NCBI GenBank assembly: GCA_049320885.1
Contig: JBMORA010000018.1
Location: 80,119-144,118 of the forward strand
Direction of reading: 5' to 3'
DNA from: Thermodesulfobacteriota bacterium
GTDB lineage: Bacteria > Desulfobacterota > Desulfobacteria > Desulfobacterales > SURF-7
DNA length: 64,000 bases
Under the pieces are notes generated by a model. That model made no database searches, was not told the DNA's origin, and saw nothing but the letters and a program-made list of their open reading frames with translations. The position numbers and the translations under genes were made by a program. Within the stretch, counting starts at the first letter, position 1. The number at the start of each line of letters is the position of its first letter. Positions 19,044-29,271 of this stretch are shown here, piece by piece.

Positions 19044-20975
19044 TCACACGGTAAGGACTTCTCCCGTCTTTACCGTGCTGTAACCACCCAACGACCGCAC
19101 CCGATTTTGGAAGTCATCGGTCCGGACGATTCGCAGCAACCGTTGAATGCCTTCGGTTTCGGCATATAATTCGGGGATGATGAGGTCATACTGTTCTGTC
19201 ACCACCGGTATGAAATCCAAATCCAGCGCGCGCGCCGCGGCAAAAATCCCGAGTCCGGTATCCACGGCGCCGCTCAACACCGCCACGGCAACCGCCATGT
19301 GCGTGAACTCCTCGCTTTGGTAGCCGTTGATGGACGACGGCTCAATGCCCAATTGACGGAGGCGGTAATCCAGTAAAATCCGGGTCCCGGACCCTCCCTG
19401 GCGGTTGATGAAGGTCACATCTCCGCGCACCAGGTCCTGGATCCCCTGAATCCGTTTCGGATTGCCCTTGGCCACCATCAGCCCCTGATCCCGCATTACC
19501 AGATTGACCAGCATCACCGGTTGATCCGGCAGGTATTTGCGGATGTAGGAGCGGTTGTAGGTTCCATCCTCGGTATCCAGCAGGTGAGAACCGGCCGCAT
19601 GACAGGCCCCTTTCCGGATGGCCATCAGTCCGCCCATGCTGCCGACATGGCTCGAAGAAAGGGTCATATCCGGATAGTCGGCGCGGATCCGGTCCGCCAG
19701 AACATCCAGGGTATTGTCGTGGCTGCCCACCACCACCAGCGTCTGTTCAATCGCGGTGAGCGGACGCAACAGCTCCGCCTGAACCGGCGTGAATTCAGGG
19801 AGCCCCTCCACATTCCCGGGTATCCGGATCAGGCCGTCGGCCCGGGTGAGGGTGGTGATGGCCCCGGCTCCCCGCCCCAACGGCGTGGCCACAATGCGAT
19901 CCCCGACCTTACCCAGCTTGACCCTCACAAATTCCTCGATACCGAGTCTGGAAGCGATCTTGCGGGTGGGTTCAACCGAAATCCGTTCCCGTTGCTTTTC
20001 CGGCTGTCCCAGCAATTGCGACAGCAGCGGACCGACGAACTGTTCAAAGGCGATCACCGCCGACACCGGGTAACCGGGAATGCCGAATACGGGTTTGGCG
20101 CCCACCTCGCCGATAATCAGGGGCTTGCCCGGCATGATGGTCACTCCGTGGACCAGAATCCTCCCCAGGCCTTCGATGGCGCTCCTGGCGAAATCTTCCG
20201 ATCCGGCCGAAGACCCGCCGCTTATCAGTATCAGATCGACGTCGCTTTCAACAGCTCTTCCCACGACTCGTTTGATTTCATCCAAGTCATCGCCAACCGG
20301 CGCGTGACGGGAATATGTTCCACCCCAGGACTCCACCAGTTTCCCCAGTACATATGAATTCGACTCGATCACCTGGCCGGGCTTCAAGCCGCCGGACATG
20401 GCCGACCGGTAAGCGGTCAGTTCGGCGCCGGTGGGAATTAGCAGCACCAGCGGTTTTTTCAGTACCCCGACTTCCCCGACCCCGGCGGATAAAAGCGCGC
20501 CGATGCAATAAGGCGTAACCAGATGGTGCCGCGGAAATAACTGCTCGGTGGCCACGATGTCCTCACCCACCCTGCGGACATGCTGCCAGGGAAAGGCCGG
20601 CGCCTCGATCTCAATCCGGCCTTCTTCCGGCTCCTGTATATATTCGATCATGATCACCGCATTGGTATGGGGTGGCATGACATGACCGGTATTTACATAA
20701 AAAGCGTCCTGCCCCACCGTGAATTGTTTGGGAGCGGCCGGCCCGGCGCCGAAAGTCGCCTCGGCCGCCACGGCAACCCCGTCCATGGCGGCCAGATGGA
20801 ACTGGGGCGATGACAACACGGCGGCCACCGGCTCGGCCAATACCCGTCCGACGGCATCCGGTACCGGAATTCTCTGTGATGACAAGGGGCGATAACCGCT
20901 GAATGTGCTGAAAAGAAGCTGTCTGGCTTCCTCCAGGGGTTTCATGTTCAGATAGATGTTTCGATGATGACGCAT
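19044..20975 (-). CDS. moeA: Molybdopterin metal-insertase MoeA fused to a periplasmic-binding-protein-like domain
   Basis: AAMDGVAV, SGGSSAG, PGKP, GIPGYPVS; C-terminal GSHD, GSMGGL, INRQGGSGTR PBP domain. Confidence 0.92.
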   Translation of the reverse strand: MRHHRNIYLNMKPLEEARQLLFSTFSGYRPLSSQRIPVPDAVGRVLAEPVAAVLSSPQFHLAAMDGVAVAAEATFGAGPAAPKQFTVGQDAFYVNTGHVMPPHTNAVIMIEYIQEPEEGRIEIEAPAFPWQHVRRVGEDIVATEQLFPRHHLVTPYCIGALLSAGVGEVGVLKKPLVLLIPTGAELTAYRSAMSGGLKPGQVIESNSYVLGKLVESWGGTYSRHAPVGDDLDEIKRVVGRAVESDVDLILISGGSSAGSEDFARSAIEGLGRILVHGVTIMPGKPLIIGEVGAKPVFGIPGYPVSAVIAFEQFVGPLLSQLLGQPEKQRERISVEPTRKIASRLGIEEFVRVKLGKVGDRIVATPLGRGAGAITTLTRADGLIRIPGNVEGLPEFTPVQAELLRPLTAIEQTLVVVGSHDNTLDVLADRIRADYPDMTLSSSHVGSMGGLMAIRKGACHAAGSHLLDTEDGTYNRSYIRKYLPDQPVMLVNLVMRDQGLMVAKGNPKRIQGIQDLVRGDVTFINRQGGSGTRILLDYRLRQLGIEPSSINGYQSEEFTHMAVAVAVLSGAVDTGLGIFAAARALDLDFIPVVTEQYDLIIPELYAETEGIQRLLRIVRTDDFQNRVRSLGGYSTVKTGEVLTV

Positions 20976-21015
20976 TTTTCCTTACAGCCTTTCGGACATT
21001 CTCTCCGTTCGTTTT

Positions 21016-22245
21016 TCAGATGGGAATGACACCGACAACGGTTCCTTTTTCCAGGCCTTCCCGATCCCGTCCGATAACCACCAGACCGTCCGCCCGGATC
21101 ATGGTATTCATGAGCGCCGATTTGCCCTGAACCGGGTCGGCCAACACCCGGCCTTCCTTTTCCATCAGCCGGACGCGCACGAAGTCCACCCTGCCCTGAG
21201 CGGAAGCGATGTTGCGGGAAAGGGCGGCGTATATCGGGAAGCGTCTTTCCTGAGCCGTGGACAACCCGCCCAGCTTTTCCACGAATGGCCGGACGATCAT
21301 CTGGAATACGATCATGGCGGAAACCACGTGACCGGGCAAACCCCAGACCATTTTTTCGCCGACAACCCCCAGAATCGTGGGTTTGCCCGGACTGATGGCA
21401 ATTCCATGGACCCGGATCCGCGAGTCGGGGAGCGACGAAATCGACTGAATGGTCAGGTCGCGCATCCCCACCGAACTGCCGCCCGACAGGATGACCATAT
21501 CACTCTGTTCCAAGGCCGATCGAATGGTCCGGACAAGCGTAAGTGAATGATCTTTCACAATGCCGAAAGCCAGAGGGAGCCCCCCCGCCGCCTGAACGAA
21601 TCCGGACAGGGTATAGGTATTCGTATCACGGATCTCGCCCTCCCTCGGAGCCCGGTCCACAGGCACCAGTTCATCGCCGGTGGAAATAATTCCGATCACC
21701 GGCCGCCTGAAAACCAAAAGCCGCTCTTTTCCCAGGGCCGCCAGAAGCCCCATCTCCTGGGGCCGCAGCCTCGAACCCACGGGCAAGATGACCCGGCCCT
21801 TGGGAAAGTCCTCTCCGGCAGCCACCATATTCTGACCGGGTGCCACGCTGCGATGAATTTCCAGCGTCTGCGCATCAATCAAGGCGGAATGCTCCACCAT
21901 CACCACACTGTCGGCTCCCCGGGGGAGCATGCCGCCGGTGGGAACCCCGGCGGTCTGTCCACTCATCACGCTGAATTCCGGAGCAACGCCCATCTCGACT
22001 TCACCGACGATCCCCAGGTAAGCCGGATTGCTTTCACTGGCACCGAAGGTATCCGCCGCCCGGACGGCATACCCATCCATGGTAGAGCGTGGGAAGGGAG
22101 GCAAATCCTCATCCGCAGTTATTTCTTCCGCCAATACCCGTCCCATGGACTCGAAAAGTCGAACCTCCTCGACCTGCACCGACGGGAGAGTGTCTCGCAT
22201 GGCCAGGACTTGGGGAAGATCCGCCACGGTAAAAAAATCCTTCAT
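21016..22245 (-). CDS. moeA: Molybdopterin molybdotransferase MoeA (gephyrin-like)
   Basis: RSTMDGYAV, PTGGMLP, STGDEL, SGGSSVG, PGKPT, GLPGH. Confidence 0.94.
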   Translation of the reverse strand: MKDFFTVADLPQVLAMRDTLPSVQVEEVRLFESMGRVLAEEITADEDLPPFPRSTMDGYAVRAADTFGASESNPAYLGIVGEVEMGVAPEFSVMSGQTAGVPTGGMLPRGADSVVMVEHSALIDAQTLEIHRSVAPGQNMVAAGEDFPKGRVILPVGSRLRPQEMGLLAALGKERLLVFRRPVIGIISTGDELVPVDRAPREGEIRDTNTYTLSGFVQAAGGLPLAFGIVKDHSLTLVRTIRSALEQSDMVILSGGSSVGMRDLTIQSISSLPDSRIRVHGIAISPGKPTILGVVGEKMVWGLPGHVVSAMIVFQMIVRPFVEKLGGLSTAQERRFPIYAALSRNIASAQGRVDFVRVRLMEKEGRVLADPVQGKSALMNTMIRADGLVVIGRDREGLEKGTVVGVIPI

Positions 22246-22280
22246 TATCCTCCAATTTTCATATTATCGAATCACCGGAC

Positions 22281-22308
22281 TTGACAATTGTATTCTTGCG
22301 CTTACGAT
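22281..22308 (+). promoter_or_regulatory. Putative sigma70 promoter for the microprotein/activator transcript
   Basis: TTGACA-N16-TACGAT. Confidence 0.5.
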
Positions 22309-22396
22309 ATGAGCCGTGTTACAGGCGGAAATCATGACGCCTGAAACGGTGAAAGCACTTTCACCCGCAACTTAAGACATCTCGTGAAACAAGTCC

Positions 22397-22561
22397 ATGG
22401 GAAAATGCGCGAACCATAAGGACAGGGAAACCCGCCATATCTGCATGAAACATGAAATTTACCTGTGTGAAGACTGTCTTGCATGCAGGGATCCGGACCT
22501 GTATTGCAAATACAGGGCGTCCTGTCCCATTTGGTTTCGCCGGAAAAAGCCGCTCGATTGA
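22397..22561 (+). CDS. 54-aa Cys/His-rich microprotein, B-box-like zinc finger
   Basis: Below the ORF-track cutoff: MGKCANHKDRETRHICMKHEIYLCEDCLACRDPDLYCKYRASCPIWFRRKKPLD; CxxH-x8-CxxH-x4-CxxC pattern. Confidence 0.75.
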   Translation: MGKCANHKDRETRHICMKHEIYLCEDCLACRDPDLYCKYRASCPIWFRRKKPLD

Positions 22562-22587
22562 GACGGCCGGAATGATCAGCCGCAACC

Positions 22588-24093
22588 ATGCAACCGAAAA
22601 ACCAACTCAGCGCCGGCGAACGGGAGTTTTTTTCCCTGGTGAGCCGCGCCATGTTTGTCAATCCCTTCAGCGAAGAACGTAGCGATCTGGATCGAAAAAT
22701 CGCCGGTCAATACCCCCAGGCGGACCGCTCCGAAATCATCGCCAGAGCCGTAGAGGAAGTCGCAAGGCGCATTGAGATTCTGGAGCAGGAAAAACGGTCC
22801 GATCTGCATTTCTATGCGGCCGAAGATGCAAAAATACTCGAAAAGACCTTCCTGTTTGACTTTTTCTATCGTTTCAAGGACCGATTCGACCAGCTGATCC
22901 GGGACCAGATCCAGGCGGGCGAAAATCCCATCAAGATTCCATTTTACCCGGAAGCCCTGAGCCTCATGCTGCGCCGGGGGTTTACCGAGGAAATGTTCCG
23001 GCGCAATTTCGAACTGGGCTTTCAGGCCCGCCGGGCTTTTTTTTTCATCGACCGGACCCTGGTGGGTAACAGCCGGAGCATGAAGCAACTGCGCCTGGAT
23101 CTGTGGAACAATGTCTTCACCCACAATATTGAATTTTATGAACGGTACCTGTGGAACCGGCTGGAAGATTTTTCCACGCTGATCCTGGGGGAAACCGGGA
23201 CAGGCAAAGGCACCGCCGCACTGGCCATCGGCCGGTCCGGCTTCATTCCACTGGATAAACGCAAACGCATCTTCGTGGAAAGCTTCGCGCGTTCATTTGT
23301 ATCCCTCAATCTGTCCCAGTTTCCGGAAACCCTGATCGAATCAGAGCTGTTCGGTCACAAAAAAGGCGCCTTCACCGGAGCCCTGGAGGACCACAACGGG
23401 GTATTCGATCGCTGCAGCCCATATGGAGCCATTCTGCTGGATGAAATCGGGGAAGTTTCCCGACCCGTCCAGATCAAACTGCTGCAGGTATTACAGGAAA
23501 GGATCTACAGCCCGGTGGGCAGTCAGAAGAAAAACCGGTTTCATGGCCGGGTAATCGCCGCCACCAACCGGCCCATAGAAGAAATCCGCGGCAAGGGGCT
23601 TTTTCGTGACGACTTCTATTACCGTCTCTGTTCCGACATTATTACCGTCCCCCCCTTGCGGCAACGGATTCAGGAAGCTCCGGAGGAACTGGACCGGCTG
23701 CTGTACTTCACGGTGGAAAAAATGATCGGCACCCCCTCGCCGGAACTGGTTGCCGCCGTTCGCGCCGTCATCGACAAACAACTCGGGCCGAACTATGCCT
23801 GGCCCGGCAACGTGCGTGAACTGGAGCAATGCGTTCGCCGGGTGCTCCTGAAGGGCACCTATGCCGGGGACTTCCAGCTGGCCGCCACCGAGTTGAACGC
23901 CAAACTGAAGCATCATATCGACGGCGGCGACATCAGCGCCCAGCATTTAACCTCCGCCTATTGTTCCCTGCTCTATCAGCGCCACGGCACATTTGAGGAA
24001 GTGTCCCGGCGCACCGCTCTGGATCGCCGCACCGTAAAAAAATACATCCAGGAATGGGGGTTGGTAAACGCTGTCGACGAGGAGGAGCCATGA
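22588..24093 (+). CDS. Sigma54-dependent activator with unrecognised N-terminal domain
   Basis: GETGTGKG, ESELFGHKKGAFTGA, LLDEIGE, FRDDFYYRL, WPGNVRELEQ, C-terminal HTH (LDRRTVKKY). Confidence 0.88.
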   Translation: MQPKNQLSAGEREFFSLVSRAMFVNPFSEERSDLDRKIAGQYPQADRSEIIARAVEEVARRIEILEQEKRSDLHFYAAEDAKILEKTFLFDFFYRFKDRFDQLIRDQIQAGENPIKIPFYPEALSLMLRRGFTEEMFRRNFELGFQARRAFFFIDRTLVGNSRSMKQLRLDLWNNVFTHNIEFYERYLWNRLEDFSTLILGETGTGKGTAALAIGRSGFIPLDKRKRIFVESFARSFVSLNLSQFPETLIESELFGHKKGAFTGALEDHNGVFDRCSPYGAILLDEIGEVSRPVQIKLLQVLQERIYSPVGSQKKNRFHGRVIAATNRPIEEIRGKGLFRDDFYYRLCSDIITVPPLRQRIQEAPEELDRLLYFTVEKMIGTPSPELVAAVRAVIDKQLGPNYAWPGNVRELEQCVRRVLLKGTYAGDFQLAATELNAKLKHHIDGGDISAQHLTSAYCSLLYQRHGTFEEVSRRTALDRRTVKKYIQEWGLVNAVDEEEP

Positions 24094-24109
24094 TGGCGGC
24101 CCCATCCAT

Positions 24110-24137
24110 TTGACATCATCCTTTCCGTGCTTATGAT
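24110..24137 (+). promoter_or_regulatory. Putative sigma70 promoter of clpB
   Basis: TTGACA-N16-TATGAT upstream of SD AAGGAG and ATG 24201. Confidence 0.5.
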
Positions 24138-24200
24138 GTTGTCTGGGAAAAGCAAAATTCATTCCAACCATAATAACATCGCAACATTAAAGGAGATTGT

Positions 24201-26795
24201 ATGCGATTCGATAAATTCACCATCAAATCACAGGAACTGATTTCCGGCGCCCAGGCCCTGGCATCCAAACTCCACAACCAACAGATCGAACCCGAACATT
24301 TGCTCGCCGCCATGCTGACGGAAAAAGAAGGCATCGCCACAGCCATTTTTCGGAAACTGGGTGTCTCACCGGGAAGCATTCAACAGGATCTGCACCTGAC
24401 CCTGGACCGGTTGCCCAAAATCAGCGGCGCAGGCCAGGGGGACGTCTTCCTTTCCGCCCGGTCCAAGGGCGTGCTGGAAAACGCCTTCGCCGAAGCGGGC
24501 CGGATGAAGGATCAATATGTCGGTGTTGAACACATCCTGCTTTCCATCGTGGATGAAAAAGGCGGTCAAAAGGCCTTGTGGAGCCGCTACGGCATCACCC
24601 GGGAAGCAATCCTGAAAGTATTGATGGGCCTGAGGGGCAACCAGACCATCACTGACCAGAATCCGGAGGAAAAATACCAGGCCCTGGAAAAATTCAGCCG
24701 CGACCTGACTGAATTGGCCCGCATGGGCAAGCTGGATCCCGTCATCGGCCGGGATGAGGAAATCCGGCGCATCGTTCAGGTCCTTTCCAGACGAACCAAA
24801 AACAACCCGGTACTGATCGGCGAGCCCGGCGTGGGCAAAACCGCCATTGTGGAAGGACTTGCCCAGCGCATCGTCGCCGGAGATGTCACCGAGACCCTGA
24901 AAAACAAACGCCTGGTGTCCCTGGATATGGGGGCCCTGATCGCCGGTGCCAAATACCGGGGAGAATTCGAAGACCGCCTGAAAGCGGTATTGAAGGAAGT
25001 AGAAGGCGCCGAAGGGGAGGTGATCCTCTTCATCGATGAACTCCACACCCTGGTGGGAGCTGGTGCGGCCGAGGGCGCCATGGACGCCTCCAACATGCTG
25101 AAGCCGGCGCTGGCGCGCGGCACCCTGCGTTGCGTGGGCGCCACCACCCTGAACGAATATCGCAAATACATTGAAAAAGACGCCGCCCTGGAACGCCGGT
25201 TCCAGCCGGTTTTAACCCAGGAGCCCAGCGTGGAGGATACCATCTCCATCCTGCGGGGTCTCAAGGAAAAATATGAAGTGCACCACGGCGTGCGCATCAA
25301 GGACGCCGCCATCGTGGCCGCCGCCACCCTGAGCCAGCGCTATATATCCGATCGGTTTCTGCCGGACAAGGCCATTGATCTGATCGACGAATGCGCTTCC
25401 AAACTGCGGATCGAAATCGACAGCATGCCGACGGAGATCGATGAGATCCGGCGCAAAATCCTCCAGGCGGAAATCGAACGCGAGGCCCTGAAAAAAGAAA
25501 CCGACCCGGCCTCCCGGGAACGGCTGGCCAAACTCGAAAAAGACCTGGCCGCCATGAACGAGGACATCCGGGGTATGAAGGCCCACTGGAGCAACGAAAA
25601 GGAAATGATCCAGACCATCCGTGGAATCAAGGAATCCCTGGAACAGCTCGGTACGGAAGCCCAGCAGGCCGAGCGGGAAGGAAATCTGGCCAAGGTGGCC
25701 GAGATCCGGTACGGTAAAAGCATCGAACTGCAAAAACAACTGGAAAACGCCAACCGCAGGCTGGCCGACCTCCAATCCGATCACTGCATGTTGAAGGAAG
25801 AAGTGGATGCCGAGGATATCGCTGAAGTCATCTCCCGCTGGACCGGTATTCCGGTGCGGAAAATGCTGGAAGGCGAGAAGGAAAAGCTGGTACATATGGA
25901 GGACCGGTTGCGCCGCCGCGTCGTCGGCCAGGAAGAAGCCGTTGAGGCTGTCGCCAACGCCGTCCGTCGCGCCCGCTCGGGATTGCAGGATCCCAACCGT
26001 CCCATCGGTTCCTTCATTTTTCTGGGTCCCACCGGCGTGGGTAAAACCGAATTGGCCAAGGCCCTGGCCGAATTCATTTTCGACAGTGAGCAGGCCATGG
26101 TGCGCATCGACATGTCCGAGTACATGGAAAAACATTCCGTGGCCAGACTCATCGGCGCGCCCCCCGGGTATGTCGGTTATGAGGAGGGTGGCTATTTGAC
26201 GGAAAGCGTCCGCCGCCGGCCGTATACCGTAATCCTGTTCGACGAGATCGAAAAGGCCCATCCCGATGTCTTCAATGTGCTGCTGCAGATTCTGGATGAC
26301 GGACGCATGACGGATGGCCAGGGACGAACCGTGGATTTCAAGAACACCCTCATCATCATGACCTCCAATATCGGCAGCCAGTATATCCGGGAACTGGGGG
26401 CTTCCCGACGCTCCGAAATGGAAACCGCTGTTTTGAGCGCCTTGCGGGCCAGCTTCAAACCCGAATTTTTAAACCGCATCGACGAAACCATCATCTTCCA
26501 CAACCTGACCCGCGATCAGATCGTTCACATCGTGACCATTCAGTTCGAACGTCTGGCCGCGCGACTGGCGGATCAGAACATACATCTGAGCCTGACACCG
26601 GCGGCCGCCGAATTCCTGGCGGATCAGGGTTATGATCCGGCTTACGGCGCCAGGCCTCTCAAACGGGCGATCCAGCACCACATTGAAAATCCCTTGTCCA
26701 TGGCCATCCTGAAGGGCGAGGTTCAAGCGAACTCTCTTATCGTCGCGGATGTGGAGAACGGCCGGATCCGGTTCACGACGGACGGAAAGGCCTGA
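24201..26795 (+). CDS. clpB: ATP-dependent disaggregase ClpB
   Basis: Two AAA modules ([16 protein letters not shown]), coiled-coil middle domain, [18 protein letters not shown]. Confidence 0.98.
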   Translation: MRFDKFTIKSQELISGAQALASKLHNQQIEPEHLLAAMLTEKEGIATAIFRKLGVSPGSIQQDLHLTLDRLPKISGAGQGDVFLSARSKGVLENAFAEAGRMKDQYVGVEHILLSIVDEKGGQKALWSRYGITREAILKVLMGLRGNQTITDQNPEEKYQALEKFSRDLTELARMGKLDPVIGRDEEIRRIVQVLSRRTKNNPVLIGEPGVGKTAIVEGLAQRIVAGDVTETLKNKRLVSLDMGALIAGAKYRGEFEDRLKAVLKEVEGAEGEVILFIDELHTLVGAGAAEGAMDASNMLKPALARGTLRCVGATTLNEYRKYIEKDAALERRFQPVLTQEPSVEDTISILRGLKEKYEVHHGVRIKDAAIVAAATLSQRYISDRFLPDKAIDLIDECASKLRIEIDSMPTEIDEIRRKILQAEIEREALKKETDPASRERLAKLEKDLAAMNEDIRGMKAHWSNEKEMIQTIRGIKESLEQLGTEAQQAEREGNLAKVAEIRYGKSIELQKQLENANRRLADLQSDHCMLKEEVDAEDIAEVISRWTGIPVRKMLEGEKEKLVHMEDRLRRRVVGQEEAVEAVANAVRRARSGLQDPNRPIGSFIFLGPTGVGKTELAKALAEFIFDSEQAMVRIDMSEYMEKHSVARLIGAPPGYVGYEEGGYLTESVRRRPYTVILFDEIEKAHPDVFNVLLQILDDGRMTDGQGRTVDFKNTLIIMTSNIGSQYIRELGASRRSEMETAVLSALRASFKPEFLNRIDETIIFHNLTRDQIVHIVTIQFERLAARLADQNIHLSLTPAAAEFLADQGYDPAYGARPLKRAIQHHIENPLSMAILKGEVQANSLIVADVENGRIRFTTDGKA

Positions 26796-26799
26796 CGCA

Positions 26800-27780
26800 T
26801 CAACCACCGCCTTGACGATGCAGCTTTCCGCTTCGCTTTACGGCGCCAAGCGAAGCGGAAAGCGCCTGGGAGGATGAATACCGGGGAACGAACCCCAACT
26901 CCTCCCGGGCCTTCCGGCCGTCGGCAATGAAAGCATAGCGGGCATAGTCCAGGTAACCCTGGTTCACTTCGACTCCCGGAATACGGAGACGCCAGCAGAT
27001 CTCCAAAAGCGGGTACAACAGGAAGGCCGGCAGGGGGATCAGCCTGGCCCCGACCATGGTGACAATCTCCCGGGCCGTCAAGGAGCCTTGGCCCACGATG
27101 TTGAAGGCGCCCCCCTTCTTCCGTTTTCCGGTGAGCAAACAGGCTTCGACAAAATCGTCCTCATGGACGAATTGGACCATTGGGTTGCTGCCCATGATTC
27201 CCACCGTAAACGGCCGGAACAGCATCCGTGAAACATAATTGTCCACCGCCGGCCCGAACACCGTGCAGGGACGCAGAATGGTCACGGTCATCTCCGGATG
27301 GGCCGCGGCGAATTCCTGCATCATCCGGTCCACGACCGCCTTGTTGTATCCATACGGATAGGAAGGATTGCCGCGCAGCGGGGCGTCCTCCGAAAGTTCG
27401 GAAGGATTATCCGGATGCGCGCCGTACGCCAGGGTGCTGCTGGTGGCGATCAGATGCCGAACCCCTCCCGCCAGGGATGCTTCCAAGACATTGCGGGTGC
27501 CGTTGTAGTCGATATCATGCATGCGCCGTAAATCATGGATGGGTTTGACCACGAAGGCCAGATGGAAGACGGTATCGATGCGTTGCTCGGCGATGAGGCG
27601 TCCGATCTCCGGGCTGCGGATATCCATCCGGTGAAACATCAGCCCGGGCTCTTCCGCCGGCATGGGCGCGATGTCGATACCGATGATGCGGCCGATTTCC
27701 ATTGAACCGGCCAAAGCCCGGACCAGCCTTCTTCCCAGATAGCCGGAAACGCCGGTGATCAGTATGTTCTCCATATGCAT
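26800..27780 (-). CDS. NAD-dependent epimerase/dehydratase (extended SDR)
   Basis: ITGVSGYLG, HLAF, SSTLAYG, YGYNK catalytic YxxxK. Confidence 0.9.
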   Translation of the reverse strand: MHMENILITGVSGYLGRRLVRALAGSMEIGRIIGIDIAPMPAEEPGLMFHRMDIRSPEIGRLIAEQRIDTVFHLAFVVKPIHDLRRMHDIDYNGTRNVLEASLAGGVRHLIATSSTLAYGAHPDNPSELSEDAPLRGNPSYPYGYNKAVVDRMMQEFAAAHPEMTVTILRPCTVFGPAVDNYVSRMLFRPFTVGIMGSNPMVQFVHEDDFVEACLLTGKRKKGGAFNIVGQGSLTAREIVTMVGARLIPLPAFLLYPLLEICWRLRIPGVEVNQGYLDYARYAFIADGRKAREELGFVPRYSSSQALSASLGAVKRSGKLHRQGGG

Positions 27781-27813
27781 GCGTCCTTTTTTCGCCGGCG
27801 TCCTTTCCCGGCG

Positions 27814-29271
27814 TCAAATCCGTTTCTGCAGGCCCCGCAGCGCGAACTGCCACATATCCTGCAAATATCGTAATTTTATGATTTTCATGACGGAAGCGGT
27901 CAGCATGGCCCGGATCAGCGGTCCGACCTGTTCCGGGTCCAGTATGGGCGCGGGTATCCCGAGACGCCCCCGGATGGTCATGGCCATATCCACCGCCGTT
28001 GTAAAGCAGTTGTCGATGCGGGTGATGTTGCGGGCATTGACCACCTCGGCCCGGGAGCAGGCGCCGATCAGAAACACCTCCTGCCCCCGGGCGTCTATGG
28101 TTTCATCGATTTTGCCAATGATCATGACAACCGGCCTGGCTTTTTGAAAGGCCCGTTCGCCGGCATACCGCTCCAAGAAACCGAAGAACATCTTGGCGCC
28201 CATGATACAGCCGGTTTCGCAGCGGGTTCCATCGTCCCTGGCCTTCCCCCAGTAAAACCGGAGCGGTGATTTCAACCGTTCCAGTTCCTTGGCGATGTCC
28301 TGCCAGCGGGTATATTCGGCATCCCGGGGCAGCAGGCGCCGGCCAGCCTGATCCAGTTCCTCAACGGTTTGAACATCACCGCAGATAAGCACATCCGCCA
28401 ATCGCCCCGGACGGTATCCCCGCTCGATGGCCCGCCGCAGATACGGTACTTCCATGACGTCATACCCCAGCAGCCTGGCGCCGACCATATCCACCGCCAA
28501 CGGGTTTTTCCCCATGATCAACAGTCCCAGTTTCCGGGGGGTGGGAACGGCTTCGTTGCCGACGCCCACTTCAATGGCGTCCATCACGATGAAATCCGGA
28601 TAGCCCACGGCGAGCAGATCCACGATCTTGTCATTGAGCATGAAATCATGGCGAATGGCGCGTTCATCGTCCGAACAGATTCCGATGTTCAGTTTTACAG
28701 CGCCGGTCATGGTGCTGACGCAATGGCATTTCAGTTTGGGCAGATATACCTTGGTGTCCGCCCGGGACATTTTTCGGGCGATGCGCAAGGTGTCATGCAC
28801 CACGCCGCCGACGAAAACCCGGTCCCGCAGCTCTTCCTCTATGCAAAAGAGGTTGACCGGCGACCTTGCCTTGCAGCGAACGGCGTCCAGCTCGTCGTAA
28901 TAACCGGCATACCGAAACGTCAAACGCGTGGGATAACCAATGGCGGTTTTTTCGCCCATATCCACCCGCTCAACCCCGGGAAACCGCGACAGCAGTTCCA
29001 ACGAGGCGCCCACCACGGCTGGATGCGTATAGGCAGTGGCGCCGTATCGACCGTTTTGGGTCGCGAAAACCACATTGGGTTTTACGAAAACATTCCCTCC
29101 GGGCCTGAATTCCAACGCCTCCATGCCTTCCCGGATGGCGGATTGAATCAAACCGCGATCGTAGGTTTCGCACCGCTTGATAAACACTTTTTCAACGCCA
29201 CCCCCCCTTGCGTTTTCCGACTCGGTTTTCATCGGCTGGGAGTCCGGCCCAGCCGCCCCTCGCGTATTCAT
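27814..29271 (-). CDS. DUF362 family putative Fe-S protein with C-terminal extension
   Basis: VFVKPN, THPAVV, LPKLKCH, MTGAVK, PDFIVMDAI, NPLAVD; extra CxxxC (CETGC) domain. Confidence 0.8.
   Translation of the reverse strand: MNTRGAAGPDSQPMKTESENARGGGVEKVFIKRCETYDRGLIQSAIREGMEALEFRPGGNVFVKPNVVFATQNGRYGATAYTHPAVVGASLELLSRFPGVERVDMGEKTAIGYPTRLTFRYAGYYDELDAVRCKARSPVNLFCIEEELRDRVFVGGVVHDTLRIARKMSRADTKVYLPKLKCHCVSTMTGAVKLNIGICSDDERAIRHDFMLNDKIVDLLAVGYPDFIVMDAIEVGVGNEAVPTPRKLGLLIMGKNPLAVDMVGARLLGYDVMEVPYLRRAIERGYRPGRLADVLICGDVQTVEELDQAGRRLLPRDAEYTRWQDIAKELERLKSPLRFYWGKARDDGTRCETGCIMGAKMFFGFLERYAGERAFQKARPVVMIIGKIDETIDARGQEVFLIGACSRAEVVNARNITRIDNCFTTAVDMAMTIRGRLGIPAPILDPEQVGPLIRAMLTASVMKIIKLRYLQDMWQFALRGLQKRI

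Noticed and set aside
22246..22396. Moco/Wco riboswitch upstream of moeA
   Set aside because: The hairpins present do not show the conserved Moco RNA features I can recall and appear to belong to the opposite-strand transcript; kept only as an unassigned structured leader
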